Part shown: positions 25,554 to 34,960 of the stretch, one piece after another
How positions within the stretch are numbered: the stretch's first letter is position 1
Layout of the letters: each line of letters begins with the position of its first letter
Assembly: GCA_046964515.1 (NCBI GenBank)
Contig: JBKUYM010000009.1
Location: 21,339 to 85,338 of the forward strand
DNA: 64,000 bases
Source of the DNA: Clostridia bacterium
Lineage (GTDB): Bacteria; Bacillota; Clostridia; TANB77; CAG-508
Direction: 5' to 3'
Notes under the pieces: model-generated
What the model was told of the DNA's origin: nothing
The model's database searches: none
The model's input: only the letters and a program-made list of their open reading frames with translations
Made by a program: the position numbers and the translations under genes

Positions 25554-25962
25554 TGAAGTAAAATCGTTAACATCGGATGTACTTGAGATATATTCCGATT
25601 GGGGTACTGCAAATATTACATTACAGAAATTTCAAGGGGGAGAATATGATGATTTGTATGATGAAGGTACAGCATCATATTCTAAACCTTATAAATGTAT
25701 AGGGCGTTACAAACCAACACCTGTAGAAGAACAACAAACTGGAGTAGGTTTAAGAGAAGACGAACAATTCTATACTATCTATGTGGTTAAGGACACCCTT
25801 GATAAACAAGGTGTCACAGGTATTGAAACTAGAGATATTTTAGAATATAACGGAGATAAATTAGACATTCTAGCTGTTCAGTATTCTGCTGTAATTGGAG
25901 ATTACGCCTTACAATATAAGATTTACTGTAAAGGTAAGATATTCAAGATTAAGGAGTTGTAA
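25540..25962 (+). CDS. head-tail joining protein candidate
   Basis: ATG 25540 follows SD AGGTGA. ATGA overlap with the upstream stop. Confidence 0.45.
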   Translation: MAQYDEVKSLTSDVLEIYSDWGTANITLQKFQGGEYDDLYDEGTASYSKPYKCIGRYKPTPVEEQQTGVGLREDEQFYTIYVVKDTLDKQGVTGIETRDILEYNGDKLDILAVQYSAVIGDYALQYKIYCKGKIFKIKEL

Positions 25963-25965
25963 CAC

Positions 25966-26400
25966 ATGAGCAAAATGACAGGTGATTGGACTAAGTTACA
26001 AGCCAAGTTAAATGATATTTCTAAGGGTAAAGTCAAAGACGATATGGAAGAACAACTTCAAGATTCGGCTAATGATTTAAAAGAAGCTATGCAACAATAC
26101 ATAAGAGGTCAAGAGGGTAATTGGCAACCTCTAGCACAGGCAACTATAGACAAAAAACATGATGACACAATTTTAATTGAAACAGGTGAAATGGTAGATA
26201 GCATAGAAGTAACACCTCAAGGTGAAGACCAATATGTTATATCTGCAACAGGACAGCGTAACCAAGAAATACTGAAATACCATGAATATGGAACATCACG
26301 TATGGTCGCCCGTCCTGTAGTAAGACCTGTATTTGAAAAAGAAAAAGGTAATGTAAAAGCAGAATGTAAGGATGCTTTTATTACATCCTTAAAGAAGTGA
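25966..26400 (+). CDS. HK97 gp10-like head-tail joining protein
   Basis: KYHEYGTSRMVARPVVRPVF resembles the gp10-family signature (G T . . . PARPF). Confidence 0.55.
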   Translation: MSKMTGDWTKLQAKLNDISKGKVKDDMEEQLQDSANDLKEAMQQYIRGQEGNWQPLAQATIDKKHDDTILIETGEMVDSIEVTPQGEDQYVISATGQRNQEILKYHEYGTSRMVARPVVRPVFEKEKGNVKAECKDAFITSLKK

Positions 26401-26410
26401 GGTGTTACGT

Positions 26411-26941
26411 ATGAATTATGGATTACGTGAAATAGACACGTCATTTAAAAATATGCTTAAAGAAATATATGGAGGTTATACAATAGTTCATTATAACCCC
26501 GATATAGATTGGGTAAAGGAAACTTACCCCTGTGTGGCGTTTAAAACAGAACAAAATGCTAACACATCATACAAGGATTATAATAGTTATGACATAGATG
26601 ACCAATACATTACGGATAAACCCGATTATACTCAAATGTTGTTAACATTGTACATTTTGGCAAAGAAACAACAAGACATAAATGTAATGATAGAGAAATG
26701 GTTAGATGCTCAAGGTACATATGCTTCAACTATGGATATAACAGGTAAAGACGGAAATGTGAAAACTGTATTTATGGAGAGAAAAACAGCGTTTGTTACA
26801 TCCGATGAAAAATTGAATGGAAAAACATATTATCGTAGAGTGTTACAGTTTACGATAGATGTACCTGTGGAATTACCTTCAAGAGAATACAATAAGGTCG
26901 AACGTGTCATAGTAACTAAGAAGGAGGTACGAAATGGCTGA
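26411..26941 (+). CDS. tail completion/terminator candidate
   Basis: ATG 26411 follows SD GAGGTG. Lies immediately upstream of the sheath gene. Confidence 0.4.
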   Translation: MNYGLREIDTSFKNMLKEIYGGYTIVHYNPDIDWVKETYPCVAFKTEQNANTSYKDYNSYDIDDQYITDKPDYTQMLLTLYILAKKQQDINVMIEKWLDAQGTYASTMDITGKDGNVKTVFMERKTAFVTSDEKLNGKTYYRRVLQFTIDVPVELPSREYNKVERVIVTKKEVRNG

Positions 26942-28322
26942 TAACAAACAAGTAGTCAGACCAGGTTCTTATTTAAAAAGAGAACGTGACATAGTACAAA
27001 AAGCTACAACTGTTACACCTTTAGTATGGGGTGCAATAGGAGCAGAAGATTGCCCTATTGGAGATAGTGTAGTTGAAGTTAAATCTTATAAGGATTTTAA
27101 AGATAAATTCTGCATGACAGATGAACAGGCTAAACAATCTAAACTAGCTTTAGCTGTAAATCTTTGGTTCTTACTAAATAGTAGTAGCATGTTTGTATAT
27201 AATGCTAATCCTTATACAACAAAGGCTAAAAAATTAGTAGGAGAAAAAGTTACTTTTGAAGCTAAATATGCTGGGTTATGGGCAAAAGATTTAGCTATAC
27301 AAGTAACTGATGATAGTATTACAGTTAAGTACAACGATGTTACAGAGGTTCTTGAAAAGAAAGTGGCTTCTGTAAATCAATCTAAATTTATACAAGTTAC
27401 AGGAACTGGTGTAACAGACACAGATTTAGCAGGATTAACTAAAGAAGCAGTTGCTTTAGAGGTTACAGGTATAACTGCACCTACTGAAGATGAAGCTAAG
27501 AAACAAACTAACATGGATACTTACCTAGAAAAACTTATGAGAGAGGACACTATTACAATAGCTACTGAATACGTGTATGATGATGACCCTACTTTTATCC
27601 TAAAGAGTGCTACAAAATTAGAGGACGAATTAGGTATAAAAGTATTCCCAATAACTTCTGTATCATATATGGATGTAACACAAGAAATATCTCCATTTAA
27701 AGGGGGATATAGGGGTATGGTATGTACTCCTAATGTTACTATAATGAACCCTATAACTGGAGTGATAGAAGAACAACCACCTACTGTTGCAGTACCAGCT
27801 ATATTTGGTAAATTAGTAACTAAATATGGTATACAACAAGCACCAGCTGGTGTTGAAGCTATATTACCAAATGTTACAGGAGTATCCCACGAATATACTG
27901 AAAGAGAACAAGGTATATTAAATGCTTCTAATTTCAACTGTATCATACCTAAAAAACGTTATGGTGTAGTATTATGGGGTAACAGATTAATAAACTCTGA
28001 CCAAGACAGGGATTATGTTTCTGACTTACTTTTAGATGACTATATAGATAACTGGATAAAAGCCGATACGGAAACATTTGTATTCAAAAATGCAGATGAC
28101 ATAATGTACTCTGAAATTACAGCAAGAATAACAGCATTTTTAAGAGGGTTATGGTCTAAGGGAGCTTTAGCTGGTGAAACACCAAATGAAGCCTTTTCCG
28201 TTAGATGTGACAAGGAATTAAATGTTGACGCTAAAAAAGGTGAAGTATATGCAGAGGTAGGCTGGGCTAAGAAATATCCAGCAGAATTTATTTACACTAC
28301 TGTTAAATACATGAGTGTATAA
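26934..28322 (+). CDS. tail sheath protein
   Basis: 462 aa, directly upstream of the tube gene. C-terminal GVVLWGNRL-type sheath motif. Confidence 0.8.
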   Translation: MADNKQVVRPGSYLKRERDIVQKATTVTPLVWGAIGAEDCPIGDSVVEVKSYKDFKDKFCMTDEQAKQSKLALAVNLWFLLNSSSMFVYNANPYTTKAKKLVGEKVTFEAKYAGLWAKDLAIQVTDDSITVKYNDVTEVLEKKVASVNQSKFIQVTGTGVTDTDLAGLTKEAVALEVTGITAPTEDEAKKQTNMDTYLEKLMREDTITIATEYVYDDDPTFILKSATKLEDELGIKVFPITSVSYMDVTQEISPFKGGYRGMVCTPNVTIMNPITGVIEEQPPTVAVPAIFGKLVTKYGIQQAPAGVEAILPNVTGVSHEYTEREQGILNASNFNCIIPKKRYGVVLWGNRLINSDQDRDYVSDLLLDDYIDNWIKADTETFVFKNADDIMYSEITARITAFLRGLWSKGALAGETPNEAFSVRCDKELNVDAKKGEVYAEVGWAKKYPAEFIYTTVKYMSV

Positions 28323-28335
28323 GGAGGGATGAAAC

Positions 28336-28818
28336 ATGTTTAGAGAATTACTAAAACAATACTTGGAAGAACATCAAGTACATGCTATGGCTAGAACATC
28401 AGCAGAAGACCCACTTAGAGGTTATAAATTCAGAATATCTATTCCAGGACTTCCTTCCTCTTGTGGATTTAAAAAAATCGGTGGATTGAAAGATGAAATG
28501 GGTGTAATAGAATATGACGAAGGTGGATATGACCATACGCATAAATTAAAAGGTAAAGCAAAAGGTGGAGAACTTACTTGTGAAAAAGGTATGTTCCCTT
28601 CTAAACAAGTAGAAGAAGTGTTTAGAAACTCTTTGGCATCAGATGATGATAGATGTACTATAGTAGTGGCTTTACTAGATGCAAAAGGAAACGTAGCACG
28701 TGACTGGAAACTAGCAGAATGTTGGTGTTCAGCATGGGAAGCTGGGGATTTAGACGCTTCAAGTGAAGATGTATTAGTGGAAACTATCACGGTGCAATAC
28801 GAGTACTTCTTAGACTAG
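28336..28818 (+). CDS. tail tube protein (T4 gp19/XkdM-like)
   Basis: YKFRISIPGL..GFKKIGGLKDEMGVIEYDEGGYDHTHKLKGKAKGGELTCEKGMF fits the contractile-tail tube family pattern. Confidence 0.8.
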   Translation: MFRELLKQYLEEHQVHAMARTSAEDPLRGYKFRISIPGLPSSCGFKKIGGLKDEMGVIEYDEGGYDHTHKLKGKAKGGELTCEKGMFPSKQVEEVFRNSLASDDDRCTIVVALLDAKGNVARDWKLAECWCSAWEAGDLDASSEDVLVETITVQYEYFLD

Positions 28819-28839
28819 ATGTAAAGGTATCTTAGTAAC

Positions 28840-28868
28840 TTGACTGTATCACCCCTTAAATTTACAAT
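28840..28868 (+). promoter_or_regulatory. sigma-A-type promoter for the HNH gene
   Basis: TTGACT 28840-28845, 17-nt spacer, TACAAT 28863-28868. Confidence 0.55.
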
Positions 28869-28891
28869 TAATGTAACAAAGGGGTGATATC

Positions 28892-29365
28892 ATGATACAA
28901 ATATGGAAAGTTATAAAAGACTATCCTATGTATAGTGTAAGTAATCTAGGTAGTATTAAGAATAATAAGACTGGTAGAATACTTAGACAGTTAAATGATA
29001 ATTATGGGTACTTACAAGTCCGTTTATACAATAACGGAAAAGCTAAAACATATAAAGTACATAAACTCGTGTTTGAAACATTTAAGGGTAAAATAGCCAA
29101 TAAAATGGTAATAAATCATAAAGACGGAAATAAGTATAATAATTCCCTTAAAAATTTGGAATGTGTAACACAACAATATAATGTGTTACATGCAATAAAT
29201 AAAGGTAATTTTTATTTACGTCCTGTGTACTGCCATGAAACTGGTAAAGAATACTCATCTTTAGCCGAGGTATCTCGTGAATTAAATGTGAATATAAGTA
29301 ATGTACAAAAAGTATGTGCAGGAAAGTATAAACATACTAAAGGTTATCATTTTAGTTATATCTAG
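28892..29365 (+). CDS. HNH homing endonuclease
   Basis: YSVSNLGSIKN, INHKDGNKYNNSLKNLECVT (HNH_3-type core) and a C-terminal helix-turn-helix-like SSLAEVSRELNVNISNVQKV. Inserted between tube and chaperone genes. Confidence 0.85.
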   Translation: MIQIWKVIKDYPMYSVSNLGSIKNNKTGRILRQLNDNYGYLQVRLYNNGKAKTYKVHKLVFETFKGKIANKMVINHKDGNKYNNSLKNLECVTQQYNVLHAINKGNFYLRPVYCHETGKEYSSLAEVSRELNVNISNVQKVCAGKYKHTKGYHFSYI

Positions 29366-29387
29366 GTGTAAAGGTATTTTAGGTCAC

Positions 29388-29417
29388 TTGACAGCTTACA
29401 GAGGGTTACGTTAAAAT
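29388..29417 (+). promoter_or_regulatory. sigma-A-type promoter
   Basis: TTGACA 29388-29393, 18-nt spacer, TAAAAT 29412-29417. Confidence 0.5.
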
Positions 29418-29458
29418 AAAACCATACTGTAAATATAAATATTCTCATTTATTCCTAA

Positions 29459-29492
29459 AACGCCTAGGTATTTTATATACTTAGGCGTTTTT
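29459..29492 (+). terminator. intrinsic terminator
   Basis: ACGCCTAGG/CTTAGGCGT stem (29460-29468/29480-29488) followed by TTTTT. Confidence 0.7.
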
Positions 29493-29500
29493 GTTATAAT
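29492..29500 (+). promoter_or_regulatory. extended -10 promoter element
   Basis: TGtTATAAT fused to the terminator T-run, 32 nt upstream of ATG 29533. Confidence 0.55.
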
Positions 29501-29532
29501 GTAGGTAAAATAGTAAATAAGGAGGAAATAAA

Positions 29533-30282
29533 ATGTATACAGAAGTAGACAATTTATTAATAGGTATTAAGGATGAAAATGGTGTAACACACACTGAATT
29601 TGAATACAGAGAAATGACAGGGCATGACGAAGAAGCGTTAGCCAAACCAAAAGTAAAAGATAATGGAAGTGTGGCATTACGTACAATTTTAGAGAGATGT
29701 ATCATAAGAATTGGTGGTATAACTAAAGATAGTGTAAAACCAAATAAATGGAAAGAAATTATACAAGGTATGTATATCAATGACCAAGATTACGCTTTTA
29801 TGAAAATTAGAGCATTATCAATAGGTGACACTTTAACTGTCACAAATAAATGTCCTAATCCAAGTTGTAAAAAGAAAATAAAAACGGAGTTCGACATAGA
29901 CGAATTTGATATAATTCCATATGACGGAATTGAAGACATAGAATTTGAATTACCTAAAGGTTACTATGACAAAGAAGGTAATAAACATACTACAGGAACA
30001 ATAAGAAGACCAGTAGGTTTAGATAGAGAAATATTAGATATTTCAGCAAGAAATAATTTTGGGTTAGCAAATACACTTTTATTAGCTAGATGTATAAAAA
30101 CATTAGGAGATGTAAAAATACATGACAGTGTAATAAAGGATTTATCTATGAAAGATAGGGACTATTTATTAAAACTTTTAGCTGAACACAGATGTGGTTA
30201 TGACATAGGAGAATTTGACATAGAGTGTCCCGAATGTGGTGAACAATTTACTGTCACACTTAATAACGCAGATTTTTTATAG
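29533..30282 (+). CDS. tail assembly chaperone (short, in-frame product)
   Basis: 249 aa, between the tube and tape measure genes. Ends at TAG 30280-30282 right after a slippery heptamer. Confidence 0.7.
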   Translation: MYTEVDNLLIGIKDENGVTHTEFEYREMTGHDEEALAKPKVKDNGSVALRTILERCIIRIGGITKDSVKPNKWKEIIQGMYINDQDYAFMKIRALSIGDTLTVTNKCPNPSCKKKIKTEFDIDEFDIIPYDGIEDIEFELPKGYYDKEGNKHTTGTIRRPVGLDREILDISARNNFGLANTLLLARCIKTLGDVKIHDSVIKDLSMKDRDYLLKLLAEHRCGYDIGEFDIECPECGEQFTVTLNNADFL

Positions 30283-30494
30283 ATGATTTTTACGGGAATG
30301 ATGCTAAACTTATCGCAGAAAACTATTACGAAGTCCTTAAAATGGATACACATTATATTTCTATGCGTTACCATTGGGATAAGAATACAATATACGATAT
30401 GACAACACAATCCCGTAGGGAGTACATTGATATATTAACCCAGCATGACCAAGCCGAGCAAGAAGCTATGGAAAAGTTAAATAATAATTATTAG
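29533..30494 (+). CDS. tail assembly chaperone, -1 frameshift product
   Basis: A slip at T_TTT_TTA (30273-30279) opens the -1 frame: IDDFYGNDAKLIAENYYEVL...EKLNNNY to TAG 30492-30494, filling the gap before the tape measure gene. Confidence 0.65.
30273..30279 (+). promoter_or_regulatory. -1 programmed ribosomal frameshift slippery site
   Basis: X_XXY_YYZ heptamer T_TTT_TTA in the zero frame, one codon before the stop. Confidence 0.65.
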
Positions 30495-30511
30495 ATAGCG
30501 AGGTGTAACAT

Positions 30512-33500
30512 ATGGGTGAATTATTCGGGTTAGGTATTCTCCTAACCCTTCAAGATAGAGCATCAAGGGGTGTTCAGAATGCTTCAAGCAATTTAGAAGA
30601 ATTGGAGCGTCAAACTAGGGAAACAATAAATGCTGTTACAGACCTTGAAAGAGCCAATACTGGTTTATCTTCCACTAACCCTTCCATGACACTTACCGAA
30701 ATGGCACAGAGTATGCGACAATACACTTACTACTATGACCAATACGGACGTAGACATAGATATCATTCCAACCAGTTTAACCGAGAATTAATGCGTATGA
30801 CAGGAAGTGCCAATGACATGGCACGTTCACTAGAAAGTAGTATTAGACCTTGGGGTCAATTTGCTGGTATGACAAGTAGTGGTAGACAAGTTGCAAGTAT
30901 AATGCAAGGAATAGCAAGAGAAACACAAGTGGCACAAAGAGCTTTAGTAGGCTTTAATGCAGAAGGAACACATGCTATAACACAAGAACAGACAACACAG
31001 GCATTAGAACGTTACAGAAGTACAATAAATGACACACAAGCTAGGTTACATGGAATGTATCAACGTGGGGAAATAGATGCTTTAAGTTATCAAACAGCAG
31101 TACGTAATATGGCACAGGAAAGTAGACGTATAGAGAGAATAAACCAACGTGGATTTAGAACCACAAGTCAATATTATTCTATGATGCAACAAGCTGGTAT
31201 AGCTACTAATGCCATAGAAAATATGCGTGGTATAGCTTTAGAACGTAACAGAAGTAGAATACAAGCACAGGCACGTACATTACTTGAAACAAAAACGAGT
31301 GCCATGAAATTTACACAGGTGTTACAAAGAACAAACCCTGTAATAGGGGCTATGACAAGTAGTTTTACAGGTGTAGCTGGAGCAATACAACAAGCAAGTA
31401 AAGCATTTAATCCTATGGTAATTCAAGCTAGATTATTCAATCAAGGATTTAGTGGTAAAGAAGTAGCTGATTATATGATGGCAATGCAAAGTTTTGCAGA
31501 CGGGTTTGTTACATTATTCCCAACATTAGCTTTAGGAGTAGGTGCATATTACACAGCACTAGGAGCATTGGCATATAAACAAGTACCAGCTGTTAGTAAA
31601 TCCTTTGATAGATTAAAAGGAACAGCGTTACAAGCACTTAAACCTTTGATAAAAGTTGTGGCAGAAGTTATGGTTAAAGTAATGGATTTAGCAAATAAAG
31701 TATTAGAAAGTGTTACGGCTTTTGAAAAGGCACATCCTATCATTACCCGTATAGCAACAGCCTTAGCTTTAATAGTACCTATTGCAACCTTAGTAGTAGG
31801 AGCATTTTTAGCAATTAAGACTGCTGGAGGATTCATATGGACTTCCATAGTAGCCAATATTACACAAGCTGGGGGTAGTGTAATGGGACTAGCTGAAGCA
31901 GTAAGTTTCTTTGTGGGTATTGCCACAACTGTTACAGCAGTTGTTGGTATATTCTTAACCTTATATCATAATTGTGAGTGGTTTAGAGAGTCTGTTAATA
32001 AGGCAATAAAATCCGTTAAAGAGTTTGTTAATGAATTTAAAAAAGCTCACCCTACCATAACAGCATTTTTTGATAGTTTCGGTATAGGATTACTTACAGC
32101 TATGACAGCTTTTAATACACTTAAAACTTTTAAGACACTAGGTAGTACAATTTTCTCCCCTCTAACAGGTAGACTAGGTTTTGTAGGTAGAGCATTTCAA
32201 AGATTAGGAGGAATAGGGAGAGCTGTAGCAAGTAGAATAGGTACAGCATTTACATTATTACGTCATCCAATAGCTGGAGTACAACTTTTAGCTTTTGACA
32301 TGTTCAATGGTATACGAAATCTAGGTACACGAGCATTTACAGCTGTTTCAAATAGAGCAACATGGTTTGGTGCAAGAGCTTTAGGTGCTGTACGTAGACC
32401 TATAGCTGGAGCAAGACGTTTAGGTTCTAGTATTATGCAAATAGGAACAAACTTTAGACAAACAGGAAGTGTTGTAGGACTATTTCGTGACACAGCCAAT
32501 TTAGCATTACGTGGTGTTCGTGCATCAGTACGTCTGTTAGGTAGTAGTGTAAGGTGGTTAGGAACAATGTTCTTACATCCTATTTCAAGTATTAGAGCAT
32601 TGGGAAGTTCAATAGCAGGGTTATGGAGAACTCTTGGAACTAGATTAGGATTTAGTCCTTGGATAATTGCAATAGCAGTTTTAGTTGCAAGTATAATGGC
32701 ATTATGGAAAACAAACGAAAACTTCCGTAACGGTGTTATGAAAATATGGAAAGCTATAAGTAGCTTTGTTACACAAGTAATAAATGGTGTTCGTGAAGCT
32801 ATGGACGGCAAATTGAAGCCCGTCATAGAGAACTTGAAATCTATCATGCAATCACTAGGTACTATATTTGGAACAATATTTAGTGCAATAGGTTCTGTAC
32901 TTTCCGTATTCTTCGGAGATATAACAGGAGGATTTGAAAAATCGGGTAGTGCAGTTGAAACAGTAACAAATTTAATAGTAAGTGGACTAACAGGAGCAAT
33001 AAATATATTAAACGCAGTTTTGACACCTCTAGCAAGTCTATTACAAGAAGTGGCTAAATATATGAAAGCCCATGCAGACGAGATACAAAATGGTTTAATG
33101 GTTGCTTATCAATTCTTAGCCGATTTATTAAATGCTGTTGTAACACCTATAATTCAAAATTTAACAGACTTTTGGAAAGAACACGGAGAAACTATACAAA
33201 ATTTTGTTTCATCAATATATCAAGGTTTAGGGGTTATAATAGGTGGCATAGTAAATGGAGCATTGACTGTATTAAAAGATTTAGTGCAACATGTGACAGA
33301 ATTTTGGAGTGAACATGGTGACACAATTAACAATAAAGTAAAATGGGCGTATGAAACATTATTACCAGCAGTAAGCCAAGCTGTACAAGGTATAATGGAT
33401 GTTGTATTAACTATAGTCGGAGCTATAACAGACTTTTGGGAACAACATGGTCAAGAAATAATGCAAAGTGCAAGAACAGTATGGGATGGTATATGTAACA

Positions 33501-34885
33501 TAATTTCGGGAGCATGGGCAGTAATAAGTAATGTCATATTACCTGTAGTAGGTACTATATTCTTAGTTGTAATAAATGCCTTTGCCGGAATAGCATCCTT
33601 TATTTCTCAACATGCTTCTACAATACAACAGGTTATGTCTTTTGCTTTCCAAACAGTACAAACAGTTGTAAGCATAGCATGTAGTATTATAGGAGGTACT
33701 ATACAAAATGTATTTACTATAATAGGTGGTATAATTAAAGCTGTAGGACAAATATTAACTGGTGATTTTGGTGGAGCATGGAATACTATATGTAGTACTG
33801 TAACATCAGTATTATCTACAATGTGGAATGTTACATCTACTGTGTTTAATTCTATAGTGAGTTATATTACAAGTATAGACTGGTTAAGTCTAGGAACTAA
33901 TGTAGTACAAGGGTTAATAGACGGAATTACAGGATTAGCTTCAGGTGCTTGGGATGCAATATGTCAAATAGGTCAAACTATCATAGACGGATTTAAGAGC
34001 CTTTTAGGTATACATTCACCTTCTACTGTAATGGCAGAATTAGGTAGATATGTAATAGAAGGTTTAAAACAAGGTATTTGTGACGCTGGTAATTTCTTAC
34101 TAGGTGCAATTAGTCAGATAGTAGGTTACTTCACTCGTATGAAAACACGTATTATGTCAACAATAAGTAGTTTAGTAAGTGGTATAGCTTCTAAAATAAG
34201 TGGAATGGTAAGTAGCTTTACTTCTAAAATAAGTAGTTTAGTAAGTAGTGTAGGCAGTAAGTTATCAAGTATGGTAAGTAGTGCTAAAGCTAGAATATCT
34301 TCCTTTGCATCTAGTTTAAAAACAGGAGCAATAAGAGCTAAAGACAACGTGGTTAATGCAGTAAAAACTATGATAAGTAGAGTTAAAGGTCTAGGTTCTC
34401 AATTCCTTAGTATTGGTAGAAACATGATACAAGGTTTAGTAAATGGTGTAAAATCTAAAGCATCAGCACTAATTCAATCTGTAACAGGAGCAGTAAAAGG
34501 TGCAATAAACAAAGCTAAATCTTTACTAGGTATACATTCACCTTCAAGAGTATTTAAATCTCTAGGTATAAATACAATAGAAGGGTATAATATAGGGGTT
34601 ACACAAGAAAAACCTAAAACTGAAAGGGCAATAGAACATGCTTTACCTAACGCTCAAGATTTTGACATGAGAGAACGCATAGGAAAAATTGCAACACCTG
34701 TAATGGCTACAACAAATACTTCAAATACAAATAATACAAATAATAACAATAACAGAACTTCAAACGATACAATAAATTTCAACATTCAAGTACAAGACGG
34801 AAAATCTTTCACAATGGAAGATGCTGAAAGAATATTTGATATGCTACAAAAGGTTAAGAATAAGAGAGATTTATTTGTATATTAA
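30512..34885 (+). CDS. tape measure protein
   Basis: 1457 aa, helical and hydrophobic. Two LLGIHSPS motifs. Ser-rich 22-aa periodic block. Asn-rich tract near the C-terminus. Confidence 0.9.
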   Translation: MGELFGLGILLTLQDRASRGVQNASSNLEELERQTRETINAVTDLERANTGLSSTNPSMTLTEMAQSMRQYTYYYDQYGRRHRYHSNQFNRELMRMTGSANDMARSLESSIRPWGQFAGMTSSGRQVASIMQGIARETQVAQRALVGFNAEGTHAITQEQTTQALERYRSTINDTQARLHGMYQRGEIDALSYQTAVRNMAQESRRIERINQRGFRTTSQYYSMMQQAGIATNAIENMRGIALERNRSRIQAQARTLLETKTSAMKFTQVLQRTNPVIGAMTSSFTGVAGAIQQASKAFNPMVIQARLFNQGFSGKEVADYMMAMQSFADGFVTLFPTLALGVGAYYTALGALAYKQVPAVSKSFDRLKGTALQALKPLIKVVAEVMVKVMDLANKVLESVTAFEKAHPIITRIATALALIVPIATLVVGAFLAIKTAGGFIWTSIVANITQAGGSVMGLAEAVSFFVGIATTVTAVVGIFLTLYHNCEWFRESVNKAIKSVKEFVNEFKKAHPTITAFFDSFGIGLLTAMTAFNTLKTFKTLGSTIFSPLTGRLGFVGRAFQRLGGIGRAVASRIGTAFTLLRHPIAGVQLLAFDMFNGIRNLGTRAFTAVSNRATWFGARALGAVRRPIAGARRLGSSIMQIGTNFRQTGSVVGLFRDTANLALRGVRASVRLLGSSVRWLGTMFLHPISSIRALGSSIAGLWRTLGTRLGFSPWIIAIAVLVASIMALWKTNENFRNGVMKIWKAISSFVTQVINGVREAMDGKLKPVIENLKSIMQSLGTIFGTIFSAIGSVLSVFFGDITGGFEKSGSAVETVTNLIVSGLTGAINILNAVLTPLASLLQEVAKYMKAHADEIQNGLMVAYQFLADLLNAVVTPIIQNLTDFWKEHGETIQNFVSSIYQGLGVIIGGIVNGALTVLKDLVQHVTEFWSEHGDTINNKVKWAYETLLPAVSQAVQGIMDVVLTIVGAITDFWEQHGQEIMQSARTVWDGICNIISGAWAVISNVILPVVGTIFLVVINAFAGIASFISQHASTIQQVMSFAFQTVQTVVSIACSIIGGTIQNVFTIIGGIIKAVGQILTGDFGGAWNTICSTVTSVLSTMWNVTSTVFNSIVSYITSIDWLSLGTNVVQGLIDGITGLASGAWDAICQIGQTIIDGFKSLLGIHSPSTVMAELGRYVIEGLKQGICDAGNFLLGAISQIVGYFTRMKTRIMSTISSLVSGIASKISGMVSSFTSKISSLVSSVGSKLSSMVSSAKARISSFASSLKTGAIRAKDNVVNAVKTMISRVKGLGSQFLSIGRNMIQGLVNGVKSKASALIQSVTGAVKGAINKAKSLLGIHSPSRVFKSLGINTIEGYNIGVTQEKPKTERAIEHALPNAQDFDMRERIGKIATPVMATTNTSNTNNTNNNNNRTSNDTINFNIQVQDGKSFTMEDAERIFDMLQKVKNKRDLFVY

Positions 34886-34960
34886 AGTAATTAGCCTATG
34901 TAATAGAGATTTATTTATTTTATTGCATAGGCTATAATTATATTAAATGGAGGTGATAAA

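Noticed and set aside
27521-27946. Minus-strand 141-aa ORF, plus similar ones at 31549..31926, 32263..32847 and 57438..57866
   Set aside because: All lie antisense within long, motif-supported + strand genes (sheath, tape measure, DnaB-like). They lack SD sites and are typical shadow ORFs.
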